A DNA stretch of 64,000 nucleotides, from positions 128,001-192,000 of the forward strand of contig CAWBMP010000004.1 in the NCBI GenBank assembly GCA_963790025.1. Direction: 5' to 3'. This DNA is from Nitrospirota bacterium (GTDB lineage Bacteria > Nitrospirota > Thermodesulfovibrionia > Thermodesulfovibrionales > Dissulfurispiraceae). The notes under the pieces were generated by a model that made no database searches, was not told the DNA's origin, and was given only the letters and a program-made list of their open reading frames with translations. Below are positions 9,635 to 20,666 of this stretch, in pieces. The position numbers and the translations under genes are program-made. The first letter of the stretch is position 1. Every line of letters starts with the position of its first letter.

Positions 9635-12466
9635 CTATAATGCTGTTGTACACCTGTCAACAAGATACATAATCGACTGATAACCTATCCCGCCGTGTAA
9701 AGAAAGGCCAATCTCGCAGGTACGGCTGTTTGAATAACCCGCACGGCAATCCTCAGGCAGCGAGACACTGAGTTCCGCAAGGGCCGACTCGTTAAGCTCC
9801 GGATACGAAAAGCCCCTATCACCGGCAAAGCCGCAGCATCCCACCTTCGGCGGCATAAGGACCCTTTCGGAGCATGCCTCGGCTACGGCCCGGAATTTCC
9901 CTGCCAGTCCCATCTTCACAGAGCTGCAGGTCACATGCACCGCTATGGGTTCCGGCGCTTTTTTAAACACCAGACGGTCCATGAGAAATGTGTGGATGAA
10001 CTCAACGGGATCGTATAACTTCAACCCCTGGGCAAACGCGCCTCTCATCCGATAAAGACACGGACTGGTATCGCAAAGCACGGGATGTTCTCCGCCATTG
10101 CTTCGTGCGAGGAGCGCACTTTCAAGCTGACGCGACATTTGATCGGCCTGTTCGAAGAAACCCTTACTCTCAAAGGTTATACCGCAGCACAACTTTTCCA
10201 TTCCCTCGGGAAACAATACATCGTAGCCCGCTTTCCCGAGGACTGAAAGCGTGGCCTCGAATACAGCCCTCCGGTCTTTATCGCTTTTCGAAGGACCCAT
10301 GGTCCTTACTATGCAGCTCGGAAAATAAACCACAGTGCGGTCCGAACTGTTTTTGATGTCCCGGAATCGACGCGCGGATACCGCTTCAGGCATATGGGGA
10401 TTCCAAAGGGGAATTTTGTTGTTAGAAAGCTTCCGCAGCCCCCGGCTGATTTTTTCCATTAGTGCAGAACCGAAAACTGCATGCGCGGCGCTCGCGGCCG
10501 TCAGCCCGTATCTTACACCGGACAATACCGTTGGGTAGTGGTCCGCAAACCACTGGGCCGCATGGATGTCACGCGGACTGTTTTTCAGCGAGCGCAGGTA
10601 CTTCGTCAGCTTTCCGGTATCAATGGATACAGGGCAGGCCGTTGCGCAGAGGCCGTCAGCTGCGCAGGTCTGTTCTCCTAAATATGTGTACGCGCCTTCG
10701 AGGACCTCGATCCTTCCACTTTTCTCTCCGGCTGCCCTCAGCCTGGAAATTTCCCTCCGGACAACGATACGCTGTCTCGGTGTCGCGGTAATATTCTTCG
10801 AAGGACACTTCACCTCGCAAAAGCCGCATTCTATGCACCTATCCACAATCTCGTGGGTTTTCGGCAGCGGTTTCAGGTTTTCTATATGAACAACCGGATT
10901 GTCATTTATCATTACACCCGGATTCAATAAATTGTCAGGGTCAAATGCCCCTTTTATTCTTTTCATTAAATCATAGGCCTTCTTACCCCACTCCAATTCT
11001 ACAAAAGGGGCCATGTTCCTTCCGGTTCCGTGTTCGCCTTTGAGGGAACCATCATACTTTTTCACCACGATATTACAGACGTCATCCATGAAACGATGAT
11101 ATCGTTGCACCTCTTCGGGATCGTTGAAATCCTGTGTGAACACAAAATGGAGATTTCCGTCAAGGGCGTGGCCGAAGATGATCCCCTCGCTATAGCCATG
11201 CTTTTTCAGCAGTCCCTCTATTTCAAGCGCAGCACATGCAAGATTTTCGATAGGAAAGGCAACGTCCTCGATTATGACCGTAGTCCCGATTTCCCTCGCC
11301 GCGCCCACCGCGGGGAAAAGTCCTCTCCTCACATCCCAGAGTCTTTCATATTCTTCCTTGATATCGGTAAATGCAATGGGGAAGACTGTCGGGACGCGCT
11401 GCAGTGAATCCATGATCTCTTCCATCTGTCTTTTGAGAGAAGTTACGTCGCCGGCCCTCGTCTCTATGAGCAGGGCAGCCGTCTGCGGGCCCAGCGACTT
11501 TAAATATGAAGGCATTCCGCCTCTGTCCTCTACGGAACGCAGGGACGCCCGATCCATCAATTCCACGGCGGAGGAAGGTCCCCCTTTCAGTATGATCGTT
11601 GCCTTGCAGGCATTCTCCATGTCCGGGAAAATTACAAGGGTGCTCGCTTTATGCACATGTTCGACAACCGTCCTGTATGTAATCTCGGCTATAAAGCCGA
11701 GAGTGCCTTCCGAGCCGATCATTAAATGTAGGATGATGTCTATCGGATCGGTGTAATCGACAAACGAGTTCAGACTATAACCCGTAGTATTCTTGATGCT
11801 GTACTTGTGAATTATCCTCTGCCTAAGGTCCCCGTCGCTGTTTATCTCGTCCCTGATGCATCCGATTTCCTCGAGGAGCATTTTATGTGAAGCCGCAAAC
11901 CGCAGCCTTGATCCGGGGTCGCCGGTATCCAGCACCAGGCCTCCGGAAAGAATAATCTTCATCCTGTCAACAGTCTTGTAGCTGTTCTGCGCGGTCCCGC
12001 AGCACATGCCGCTGGCGTTGTTGGCTGCGATCCCGCCGATCATGCAACTGTTGATCGAAGCCGGATCAGGGCCTATCTTTCTGCGATGAGGAATGAGGTA
12101 ACTGTTCGCCTCCGCACCGATCACTCCCGGTTCGCAGGTTATCCGCTCCCCATTGTCATGGACCGTAAACTTCTTCCATCCGCCGGAGATGACTAATAGC
12201 ACAGAGTCGGTGACCGCCTGCCCTGAAAGGCTCGTGCCCGCGGCCCTGAACGTAACCGGGACCTTTAAACGATCGGCTATGTTCAGTATACGCGAGATTT
12301 CCTCAGGCGTATTTACGCGGATGACAATTTTCGGAATGAGCCGGTAAAAACTGGCATCGGTCCCATACGCAAGGGTACGGAAGGGGTCGCTGAAAAGTCT
12401 CGATCGAGGGATGAACCCGCCTATCTCCTCGTAAAACAGTCTGTATTTGTCCGTAAGGGGATCCAT
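9635..12466 (-). CDS. dld: FAD/Fe-S D-lactate dehydrogenase (Dld-II type)
   Basis: YGTDASFYRLIP, FRAAGTSLSGQ, LKGEHGTGRN, CIECGFCE, CCGFAGDRG. Confidence 0.88.
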   Translation of the reverse strand: MDPLTDKYRLFYEEIGGFIPRSRLFSDPFRTLAYGTDASFYRLIPKIVIRVNTPEEISRILNIADRLKVPVTFRAAGTSLSGQAVTDSVLLVISGGWKKFTVHDNGERITCEPGVIGAEANSYLIPHRRKIGPDPASINSCMIGGIAANNASGMCCGTAQNSYKTVDRMKIILSGGLVLDTGDPGSRLRFAASHKMLLEEIGCIRDEINSDGDLRQRIIHKYSIKNTTGYSLNSFVDYTDPIDIILHLMIGSEGTLGFIAEITYRTVVEHVHKASTLVIFPDMENACKATIILKGGPSSAVELMDRASLRSVEDRGGMPSYLKSLGPQTAALLIETRAGDVTSLKRQMEEIMDSLQRVPTVFPIAFTDIKEEYERLWDVRRGLFPAVGAAREIGTTVIIEDVAFPIENLACAALEIEGLLKKHGYSEGIIFGHALDGNLHFVFTQDFNDPEEVQRYHRFMDDVCNIVVKKYDGSLKGEHGTGRNMAPFVELEWGKKAYDLMKRIKGAFDPDNLLNPGVMINDNPVVHIENLKPLPKTHEIVDRCIECGFCEVKCPSKNITATPRQRIVVRREISRLRAAGEKSGRIEVLEGAYTYLGEQTCAADGLCATACPVSIDTGKLTKYLRSLKNSPRDIHAAQWFADHYPTVLSGVRYGLTAASAAHAVFGSALMEKISRGLRKLSNNKIPLWNPHMPEAVSARRFRDIKNSSDRTVVYFPSCIVRTMGPSKSDKDRRAVFEATLSVLGKAGYDVLFPEGMEKLCCGITFESKGFFEQADQMSRQLESALLARSNGGEHPVLCDTSPCLYRMRGAFAQGLKLYDPVEFIHTFLMDRLVFKKAPEPIAVHVTCSSVKMGLAGKFRAVAEACSERVLMPPKVGCCGFAGDRGFSYPELNESALAELSVSLPEDCRAGYSNSRTCEIGLSLHGGIGYQSIMYLVDRCTTAL

Positions 12467-12503
12467 TACAAATTAGAATACAATACTGGACAAAAGAATG
12501 CAT

Positions 12504-12520
12504 ATCGGATTTTGTCCTAT
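12504..12520. promoter_or_regulatory. Candidate operator ATCGGA-N5-TCCTAT upstream of the lactate operon
   Basis: 5/6 inverted repeat about 25 bp upstream of a TATTCT -10-like hexamer (12480-12475, minus strand). Confidence 0.4.
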
Positions 12521-12534
12521 GAAGGATGAATAAT

Positions 12535-12617
12535 GGCAATAGGCGATAGGCTATAGGCTATGGTGTTAATGCTGGAGAAAAAATTGTCCTACAACAACTA
12601 CCTATTGCCTATTGCCT
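12535..12617. repeat. Inverted heptamer-repeat element (GGCNATA)n...(TATTGCC)n
   Basis: GGCAATA GGCGATA GGCTATA GGCTATG ... CCTATTGCCTATTGCC. Confidence 0.85.
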
Positions 12618-12626
12618 GTATTACGC

Positions 12627-13268
12627 TTAGTCGGTGAGTGATATGAGGTTATGCTTTATTGTATAGTTGGTCAATTCGGCATTGCTTTTCATCTTCATCT
12701 TTTCGAGGATGTGGACCCTGTGAGTACTGACAGTTTTCACGCTCAGGAAAAGCTCACCTGCAATCTCGCTGACTGTCTTACCCATAGCTATCATGCATAG
12801 TATCTGATATTCCCTGTCGGAAAGTTTCTCATGAACAGGACGCTCCGCTTCGGGTTCGAGGTCGAAGAGAAGCCTTTCCGCGATGGAGGCGCTGATGTAT
12901 CTGCCTCCCTTCGATATCTTCCTTATGGCATCTATGAGTTCTTCAGAGGCGCTCACCTTTGTAATATAACCGGCGGCGCCCGCCTTTATCGCGCGAACAG
13001 CATACTGCTCTTCGGGATACATGCTCAGTACGAGGACCCTTAGTTTAGGCTTCTGGGTCTTGAGGAGCTTCAGTGTATCGAGCCCGTTCAGGCCGGGCAT
13101 AGCGATGTCGAGCACGAGCAGATCGTAATCGTTCTTTGAAACCTTGTCGAGGACCTCCTGTCCTCCACTCGCCTCATCGGCAACGACCAAATCCGGAACA
13201 TCCTCGAGTATCTGCCTCAATCCTTCACGAAAAATCGCGTGGTCGTCTGCAATAAGTATCCGCGTCAT
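12627..13268 (-). CDS. NarL/LuxR-family response regulator
   Basis: ILIADDH, LDIAMP, LSDREYQIL, LFLSVKTVSTHR. Confidence 0.95.
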   Translation of the reverse strand: MTRILIADDHAIFREGLRQILEDVPDLVVADEASGGQEVLDKVSKNDYDLLVLDIAMPGLNGLDTLKLLKTQKPKLRVLVLSMYPEEQYAVRAIKAGAAGYITKVSASEELIDAIRKISKGGRYISASIAERLLFDLEPEAERPVHEKLSDREYQILCMIAMGKTVSEIAGELFLSVKTVSTHRVHILEKMKMKSNAELTNYTIKHNLISLTD

Positions 13269-13291
13269 ACCAAATTCACCCTCAAAAACCT

Positions 13292-13427
13292 AAACCGCAG
13301 AGCACACAGAGATTATTGTTGCACTCAAAGAACCGAAGTACAGAGAGCCCCGGGATTCTGCTCTGTGTAAGCTCGGTTTTAACTCTTGTTCCAAGATTAA
13401 TCATTTCCTCTGTGTTCTCTGTAGTTT
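13292..13427. repeat. Long imperfect inverted repeat with nested inner hairpin
   Basis: AAACCGCAGAGCACACAGAG (13292-13311) vs CTCTGTGTTCTCTGTAGTTT (13408-13427), 17/20 complementary; inner AACCGA...TCGGTT. Confidence 0.8.
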
Positions 13428-13430
13428 TTT

Positions 13431-15011
13431 TTAATTCAGTGGTATGCTCAATTTTACGGTTGTCCCTTTTCCGGGAATGCCCCCGATGGTGACTTCGCCG
13501 CCGAGGAAACGGGCGCGTTCCCTCATTCCCATGAGTCCGAAAGACTCGTGGCTCGAAACCTTCTCATCGTCGATTCCTGTCCCGTTGTCCCTCACTTCGA
13601 GCAAAAGGCAATTATCTTCTTTTGCGAGGACAACATCAACACGGGTGGCTTTTGAGTGGCGCATCACATTCGTAAGCGTTTCCTGAAATATGCGGAAAAC
13701 AGCGATAGAAATGCCCTGGTCCTCCACCGCCACCTCATGGGATATTACGGCTGAACATTCGGTCCCTGTCTGTTCTTTAAATTCCTTGACCTGCCATTCT
13801 ATTGCAGCCGGGAGACCGAGATAATCCAGCACGCCCGGCCTCAGTTCAGAAGATATTCTCTGGACAGTCCGGATCGTTGTGTCGACAAGGCCTGACATCT
13901 TTTCAGTCTTTTCAATAAGCTGTCGAGGCCCCTCTGACAGCCGTTTTTTCAGCCAGGAGAGATCGAGTTTCAGCCTCGAAAGAATCTGCCCGAGTTCATC
14001 GTGGATCTCGCGGGCGATGTGTCCCCTCTCTTCTTCTCTGGCCGATTGGATATGTGCCGACAGGATCCTCAGTTCCTCACGCGAACTTCTTAGTTCATCT
14101 TCCACTCTTTTGCGCTCGGTTATGTCCCTTCCGATGGTCTTCGTCCTCAGCAGTTCACCGTTTTCATCGAACTCAATGAATACATTCAGTATTGCCGGAA
14201 ATGTCGTACCGTCCTTTCTTATAAACTCTCTCTCGAGGCCGTACAGCGCGGCATGATCTTTCAGGACGGAAAAATCCTTTTCATATATCTTCCGCGATTC
14301 CTCAGTAAGGAAATCAGCGATAGGCCTGCCGATAATCTCGTATTTCGCGTAACCCAACATTTTTGCTTCTGTATCGTTACACTCGATCACAATCCCATTC
14401 CGGTCGATGGAGTGGTACATGTCAGGGGCATTGTCATAAAGGTCGCGGTATTTTTTTTCGCTCTTGTGAAGGGATTTCTGCGTCTCGATAACACTGAGAG
14501 ACTGCTCCGCCAGATCACAGATGAAACGCACAAGTGCCCTGTCGTAAGCAATTATGTAGTTGACCTTCTCGACACTGAAAACCCGTATCTTGTCGAGCGC
14601 AGCAAGATAAGCGTCGAGATCGTAACCGAATTCCCGCGCCTGTCTGATAAAGTATTGTCGGTCGGGAACTTCACCTTCAAAGTAGAATTGTGTCAGGAAC
14701 ATTGTCGCCAGGTGCCGTCCGGCAACAAGTATGGGGAGTGCTACATGCCACATCCCGTTACTGCATTTATATTGATGAAATTCTTTGGTGAGATGGTCTT
14801 CTATGACACGATCGCTCTCAATGCAGCGCCTGTTGGAAAGCGGAAAAGCACGATGATAATTCGTACAGATGTCTGTCCAGCCGGCCTGGACAAGAACTGA
14901 CATGTCGAAAACGTCGACGATACTCATAGGTAAACCGCTGGCCAGGAAGTTGGAATCGGCCAACTTCTGGATAAGCGACATATCGAGGAGCTCGGAAAGC
15001 CGGTAGCTCAC
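13431..15011 (-). CDS. Cytoplasmic histidine kinase: PocR sensor + PAS + HisKA_3
   Basis: PocR-type Cys pattern (ICTNYHR..RCIESD..YKCSNG), PAS, EEERGHIAREIHDELGQ, QETLTNVMRHS. Confidence 0.88.
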   Translation of the reverse strand: MSYRLSELLDMSLIQKLADSNFLASGLPMSIVDVFDMSVLVQAGWTDICTNYHRAFPLSNRRCIESDRVIEDHLTKEFHQYKCSNGMWHVALPILVAGRHLATMFLTQFYFEGEVPDRQYFIRQAREFGYDLDAYLAALDKIRVFSVEKVNYIIAYDRALVRFICDLAEQSLSVIETQKSLHKSEKKYRDLYDNAPDMYHSIDRNGIVIECNDTEAKMLGYAKYEIIGRPIADFLTEESRKIYEKDFSVLKDHAALYGLEREFIRKDGTTFPAILNVFIEFDENGELLRTKTIGRDITERKRVEDELRSSREELRILSAHIQSAREEERGHIAREIHDELGQILSRLKLDLSWLKKRLSEGPRQLIEKTEKMSGLVDTTIRTVQRISSELRPGVLDYLGLPAAIEWQVKEFKEQTGTECSAVISHEVAVEDQGISIAVFRIFQETLTNVMRHSKATRVDVVLAKEDNCLLLEVRDNGTGIDDEKVSSHESFGLMGMRERARFLGGEVTIGGIPGKGTTVKLSIPLN

Positions 15012-16285
15012 AATATGGCGCTAACCTTTTCAACGTGCAGTTTCACCTCACCCGCCGCCTTTTCCAGTATCTCCGCATTCAAACGCAACAGACTTGCGGA
15101 TTTGGTCTTCAGAATTTCCTTCTCTTTTTCTTCCCTGAGACTGAAGCCTAATTCCCTGACAAACAGGTTTGCGAAATGGACGACGACAAGCTCCTGTTCA
15201 GGTTTTTCAAAGGTTGAAATGTCCTCATGGTTCAGGGCCACCAATGGGTAAACAGACGGGAAAGACCACTTCGACAGCAGCATGTATCCCGCCTTATTAT
15301 GCAGGGAGTTCACTGTGTCCAAGGTATGCGTCAGGTCTATTCCCCGCTTGCCTTTTGTCAGTTCCGCAAGCACTTGCAGGACCAGAAGCTTGCCGATATC
15401 ATGAAAAAGCCCCAACGCAAAAAAATTATAATTGTCCGGAATTTCCAGATGTCTCGCTATGGACTCACTCGCCGCTCCGCAAGCTATCGAATGGATAAAC
15501 AGGTCCTTGATAGTACCTTCAAACCGCTTGTCTTTCAGCGCAAACAGGTTTTTGTTCGAGATGAGATAAACAAGCTCTCTGGTTTCATCCATTCCCAGCC
15601 TGCTGATGGCCTCCTCAACCTGGGTGCATTCCTTGCCCCCACTGTAGTATACCGAATTCGAAACGCTGATGAGCCTTGAGGAAATACCCGGGTCCATTTC
15701 GATAAGTTCAGAAAGGGAATGAATATCAGCGTCTTCTTTTCGCAAAGTCTCTTCGATCGTAAAGATAATCTGAGGCATTGCAGGAAGGGTCACTTCCCCT
15801 TTTCCGATAAGTTCCATTATATTTACCGATATGGATTTGAGGTCGACATCGTCCGCTGGAGGCGCCCAGGCATTTTTCATGGGGTCCGCCTGGCGATGCG
15901 CCGGTCCACCCATCAGTTTTTCTATTTTTTGAATCAGCAATGCTTTGTCAAAAGGCTTGATCACGTAATCGCTTACTCCGGCCTTTACTGCCGAGGCCAC
16001 ACTTTCAACGTCTTTTCTTACCGTCAGCATCAAAAAGGCGATTTTGTTTGTACGCTCCTCAGCCTTCATTTTATTCAGAAGCTGGTTGCCGTCCATACGC
16101 GGCATGTTCCAGTCTGAAAGTACCAGATTATAACTTCCGGACTGTATTTTTTCCCAGGCTTCCATACCGTCGGCTGCCGTATCGACTGCCTCGCAAGGGA
16201 AGTTGGATTTTACGATCAGTTTAAGGGCCAGCACTATATTTGCATCATCGTCCGCAATCAGCACCTTCATTTTTTCCTTCATCAC
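15008..16285 (-). CDS. REC-HDOD domain protein
   Basis: REC (LSDWNMP, KPF); HDOD (LPAMP, DPGISSRLISVSNS, GLFHDIGKL). Confidence 0.9.
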   Translation of the reverse strand: MMKEKMKVLIADDDANIVLALKLIVKSNFPCEAVDTAADGMEAWEKIQSGSYNLVLSDWNMPRMDGNQLLNKMKAEERTNKIAFLMLTVRKDVESVASAVKAGVSDYVIKPFDKALLIQKIEKLMGGPAHRQADPMKNAWAPPADDVDLKSISVNIMELIGKGEVTLPAMPQIIFTIEETLRKEDADIHSLSELIEMDPGISSRLISVSNSVYYSGGKECTQVEEAISRLGMDETRELVYLISNKNLFALKDKRFEGTIKDLFIHSIACGAASESIARHLEIPDNYNFFALGLFHDIGKLLVLQVLAELTKGKRGIDLTHTLDTVNSLHNKAGYMLLSKWSFPSVYPLVALNHEDISTFEKPEQELVVVHFANLFVRELGFSLREEKEKEILKTKSASLLRLNAEILEKAAGEVKLHVEKVSAIL

Positions 16286-18960
16286 GCAATACCTCCACGA
16301 GCATTTTTCGAGACAGGCAGAAATATATTGAAAGTCGTTCCTTGTCCAGGTGCGCTTGTAACTATTACATATCCCCCGTGGTCTTTCACCAAACCATATA
16401 CTATGGCAAGACCCAATCCGGTCCCGGTTTTTTTGGTAGTGTAAAAAGGATCAAAAATATGGGCCATGTAATCCTTAGGTATTCCTTTTCCGGTGTCGGA
16501 GCACGTGACATTGACATAACGGCCGCTGCTTATTTGAGCTGGTATCTGGAGTGAGCCGTGCCCCAATTCCACAACCCTTGTCGATATATTTATCTCTCCT
16601 CCTTCGGGCATCGCATCTATGGAATTAAGGACCAGATTCATGATTATCTGCTCAAGCTTGCTCTCATCGCCGTCAACCGGAGGCAGCGATTCATCCAAAT
16701 ATTGATTTATTCTTATATTTTTAGGAATTAGTGTCGATACCAGACCCATCGTTTTCCTGATAACGTCATTAGCTGAAACCTGAACAAAATCACCATACTC
16801 GCGTTTTGCATACGCAAGAAGTTGTGTCACGAAATGTTTGCCCCGTTCTGCAGAGGACTTGACTATACTTGCATATTGGTCAATATCAGAAGAGGTACCT
16901 TCGCTTGAGGAAATCAGGTCCGCATACAAGCTGACCGTGGTCAGGATGTTTCCGAAGTCGTGGGCGATTCCTCCCGCAAGTGTTCCGATAGATTCCATTT
17001 TTTGAGCATGGATAAGCTGTGCCAGCATTTTTTTCCTTTCAGTAATATCACGGTGGAATGCCTGTATATATACTTTCTGGTCTATCAGCATGGATTTGGC
17101 GCTGATCTCAATAAAGCGGAAACTGCCTTCTTGGCTATAATATCTGGTCTCGAACAGCAACGTCTCACCCCGCTGCAACCGCTGCAGCTGCTCCGTCCAG
17201 GCCGATCCGTCTTTTTCAGACCTGAACAATCTCATACGTTGTCCAATCAATTCACTGCTGTCGGTTTCATACATCGAATATGCCTGTTTATTCGCGTTCA
17301 CAATAATTCCGTTATCGTCGGAAATGACTATCCCGTCCATGGAATTATCCATAATGGCTGCCAGCTGATACATTGCAGCCTCCGCTTCTTTGTGCTCGGT
17401 AATGTCTTCGTTTATGCCGTCTATCCATTTCAGTTCACCATTTTCATCATATGCTGCGGTGGCGGTCATCGAACACCAGATGGTCTTCCCGTCCTTTTTC
17501 TTCATGGCTATAACTTTGTTGTTCACGTAACCGTCGCGCCTGAGCTCATCAATATAGCCCTGTCTGTCTTCAGGGTTCCTCCACATTTCCTCCACCTTGA
17601 CTGCCAGCATCTGATCTGCTGACTCGTACCCGTGCATATGTGCCAAAGCCGGGTTTACCCGGATGAAATGTCCGCCTCCGGCAGGACTTCTAAAGATGCC
17701 GACATTTATATTGTCAACCAGTGTGTGGTATTCCATTTCGCTCTTCTGAAGGGACTGCAATACCTGCCCCTTTTCTTCGATCTCACGTTGAAGCGATTGG
17801 TTGTAAGCATCCAGTTTTTCCATAAAACCGTTAAAATATCGTGACAATTTGCCGAATTCATCTTCCGGGGTATCTGATATCCTGGCCGAAAAATCACCCG
17901 CGCTGCCTGCCTTGAATCCGGCGATAAGCCTGTTGAGACTGTTGATGATATATGAGCCATACCAAAACGTCAGAAAAAATAAAAATATCAGTGATGTGAC
18001 AAACATTACGATTAGAGTATTTCTGATATATGCAAGAGGCGCATATATTTCGTCAACATAGGCCGAGGCCGCCACGATCCAGTCCAGTTCAGGGATATAA
18101 TTAAAGAAAACCAGTTTATAGCGCAGGTTTTTTTCTCCCGGGTTTCGCCACGGATAGATTATCCTGCCGTTCTTTTGTTTGCAAAGCTCCTGAACAAAAG
18201 CCCTTCCGCTTGCGTCCTTCAAGTTAAAGAAGTTCCTTCCCTCCAGCAGGGGATGAATTATCATATTACCTTTGGAATCGACAACAAATGGGTATCCGGT
18301 TTTTCCAATACGGATACCTATTATACCTTCCCTGAAATCTTTCACGTCGAGAAGACTTAAGAATTCCTCACGGTATGCCGAGACGGATATGATCCAGTCC
18401 CAGGGCCCAAAATATGTCATATAGAGAGCTTTCGGTCTGGCCCTTGCTTCCCCGGGATTTGCCCACTCGTACTCCATATAGCCTTCCTTCCTCTTTAGCT
18501 GTTCCCGGACAAAGACATACTGGGTATTACGGGTCCCAACTAAAGCAGCTACAGGATGCACCCGGATGGCCCCCCCGCTGTCAATGCAATAGACGTAGCC
18601 GCTCTTGCCGATATGCTGACTAAGCAACATCGATATAGCGCGTTTCTTTGCGTCGCCCTCGCTTATCTCGCCCCGCATGTACTGCTCGTACAGACCTTCA
18701 AGTATATACTTGTCCTGTTCCGCCACTGCCCGGAGGTAGTTCTCTATGGATACGTGCACACCAGTTTTAACCATGTTAAGAATAGTCCTTGAAGTGTTAT
18801 TCAGTTCGCTTTCTATATTCCTCTCGATAGTCTTTCGGACAATGGGATAAATAATCAAAATACCTATGGAAAGTGTCAGCATGAATGCCGTCAGATATCC
18901 AAACAGCAATTTTGAACGTATTTTAAGGTTGGTTATTTTCTCTGAAAGATTAAAAGTCAA
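16282..18960 (-). CDS. Membrane histidine kinase: Cache-HAMP-PAS-PAS-HisKA-HATPase
   Basis: Two TM helices, tandem Cache motifs (GYVYCID..HP, GYPFVVD..HP), DEFGKL HAMP, LAGGIAHDFGN, GTGLGL. Confidence 0.9.
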   Translation of the reverse strand: MTFNLSEKITNLKIRSKLLFGYLTAFMLTLSIGILIIYPIVRKTIERNIESELNNTSRTILNMVKTGVHVSIENYLRAVAEQDKYILEGLYEQYMRGEISEGDAKKRAISMLLSQHIGKSGYVYCIDSGGAIRVHPVAALVGTRNTQYVFVREQLKRKEGYMEYEWANPGEARARPKALYMTYFGPWDWIISVSAYREEFLSLLDVKDFREGIIGIRIGKTGYPFVVDSKGNMIIHPLLEGRNFFNLKDASGRAFVQELCKQKNGRIIYPWRNPGEKNLRYKLVFFNYIPELDWIVAASAYVDEIYAPLAYIRNTLIVMFVTSLIFLFFLTFWYGSYIINSLNRLIAGFKAGSAGDFSARISDTPEDEFGKLSRYFNGFMEKLDAYNQSLQREIEEKGQVLQSLQKSEMEYHTLVDNINVGIFRSPAGGGHFIRVNPALAHMHGYESADQMLAVKVEEMWRNPEDRQGYIDELRRDGYVNNKVIAMKKKDGKTIWCSMTATAAYDENGELKWIDGINEDITEHKEAEAAMYQLAAIMDNSMDGIVISDDNGIIVNANKQAYSMYETDSSELIGQRMRLFRSEKDGSAWTEQLQRLQRGETLLFETRYYSQEGSFRFIEISAKSMLIDQKVYIQAFHRDITERKKMLAQLIHAQKMESIGTLAGGIAHDFGNILTTVSLYADLISSSEGTSSDIDQYASIVKSSAERGKHFVTQLLAYAKREYGDFVQVSANDVIRKTMGLVSTLIPKNIRINQYLDESLPPVDGDESKLEQIIMNLVLNSIDAMPEGGEINISTRVVELGHGSLQIPAQISSGRYVNVTCSDTGKGIPKDYMAHIFDPFYTTKKTGTGLGLAIVYGLVKDHGGYVIVTSAPGQGTTFNIFLPVSKNARGGIA

Positions 18961-18989
18961 CGCTTGCTTTCTTCGTAAAATACCGGTCT

Positions 18990-20666
18990 TTATTCATCAC
19001 GCATGATTGCGCCGTTTCCTGCAGAACTCACAAGTTTCGCATAACGGGAAAGATATCCGTGGCGTATCTTGGGCTGAGGTCGTTTCCACCCGGCAAGCCT
19101 TTCCTTGATCTCCCTGTCTGAAATAAGAACTTCTATTTTCCTTTTCGGAATATCGATATTGATCCTGTCACCGTCTTTCAGGATTGCAATAGGGCCGCCT
19201 TCCATCGCTTCCGGTGAAATATGGCCGATGCAGGGCCCGCGGGTGCCGCCCGAGAATCTGCCGTCCGTAATCAGTGCAACAGATTCGCTTAACCCCATCC
19301 CTGCAATAGCGGACGTAGGCGACAGCATTTCCCTCATCCCCGGTCCGCCCTTCGGCCCCTCATATCGTATGACCACAACATCACCAGCTTTTATGTCGCC
19401 ATTCATTATTGACTTCATGGCGGCTTCTTCGGAGTCAAAAATACATGCCGCACCTTCAAATTTCATAATATTTTTGCTTACCGCAGTCTGCTTGACAACA
19501 GCCCCTTCAGGCGCCAGGTTCCCCTTCAGTATCGCTATTCCGCCCTCTTTATGATAGGCCTTGTCCAGAGACCTGATTACATCCTCATCCATTATCATTG
19601 CTTCCCTTGCGATCCTGGAAATATTCAATCCGGAAACGGTTAGAGAAGGGTTGAGCATTCCCTTGAGCCGGTTAAGCACTGCAGGAATGCCTCCTGCATG
19701 GTCCAGGTCCTCCATATAGTAGACACCTCCGGGGATCATGCTGGTAATATGAGGGGTCTTCCGGCTGAGGATATTGAAAATCTCAAGTGGCAGCTTTACT
19801 CCGGTTTCATAAGCAATAGCAGGAATATGCAGGGTAGTATTAGTAGAACCGCCAAGTGCGAGGTCGACCATGATAGCATTTTCAAAGGCCTTCCCTGTCA
19901 TTATTTTGCGGGGTGTTATATTCTTTTTAACCAGGTCCACAACCCTCCTGCCGCTCTCAAAAGCTATTCTTCTTTTTTGGGCCAGCACTGCAGGGGAAGT
20001 GGCGCAACCGGGTAAACTCATCCCGAGTGCCTCGGTAATGCAAGCCATCGTGTTGGCAGTATACATTCCCTGGCACGAGCCGGCGCCGGGACAGGCACAC
20101 ATTTCCATGGCTTCCAGCTCATCGTCTTTTATCAATCCCTTCTTATATTTTCCCACTGCCTCAAATGTATCACTGGTAAGATTAAGCCTCCTGCCCTTAT
20201 AATGCCCTGAAAGCATGGGGCCGGCAGTTACCACTATGCTGGGAATATTCACCCTGGCGGCGGCCATGAGCATGCCTGGTGTTATTTTATCGCAGTTGGT
20301 AAGAAGTACCAGACCGTCAAGCTGGTGTGCCTCTGCAACGGTTTCAACCATGTCTGCAATCAACTCCCGCGAAGCGAGGGAATAATGCATTCCTTTATGA
20401 CCCATGGCAATACCGTCACAGATGCCCGGAATGCCAAAAAAGAAAGGATAACCGCCCCCTGTGTGGACACCCTTCTCAATAAAGCGTTCAAGGTCCCTCA
20501 TCCCCGCGTGTCCGGGAATAATATCGGTAAAACTGGTTGCAACCCCTATAAAAGGTTTTTCCATCTCGCTTTTGGGGATGCCTGTTGCGTAGAGGAGAGC
20601 CCTGTGAGGTAGCCTTTCAAGCCCTTTTTTAATAGTTTTGCTTCTCATAATTACCCATTTACTCAT
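18990..20666 (-). CDS. ilvD: Dihydroxy-acid dehydratase (alternative start 20648)
   Basis: [38 protein letters not shown]. Confidence 0.97.
   Translation of the reverse strand: MSKWVIMRSKTIKKGLERLPHRALLYATGIPKSEMEKPFIGVATSFTDIIPGHAGMRDLERFIEKGVHTGGGYPFFFGIPGICDGIAMGHKGMHYSLASRELIADMVETVAEAHQLDGLVLLTNCDKITPGMLMAAARVNIPSIVVTAGPMLSGHYKGRRLNLTSDTFEAVGKYKKGLIKDDELEAMEMCACPGAGSCQGMYTANTMACITEALGMSLPGCATSPAVLAQKRRIAFESGRRVVDLVKKNITPRKIMTGKAFENAIMVDLALGGSTNTTLHIPAIAYETGVKLPLEIFNILSRKTPHITSMIPGGVYYMEDLDHAGGIPAVLNRLKGMLNPSLTVSGLNISRIAREAMIMDEDVIRSLDKAYHKEGGIAILKGNLAPEGAVVKQTAVSKNIMKFEGAACIFDSEEAAMKSIMNGDIKAGDVVVIRYEGPKGGPGMREMLSPTSAIAGMGLSESVALITDGRFSGGTRGPCIGHISPEAMEGGPIAILKDGDRINIDIPKRKIEVLISDREIKERLAGWKRPQPKIRHGYLSRYAKLVSSAGNGAIMRDE

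Noticed and set aside
5381..12347. Long + strand ORFs across the lactate genes (and similar ones opposite other genes)
   Set aside because: Antisense shadows of well-supported genes with no recognisable motifs.
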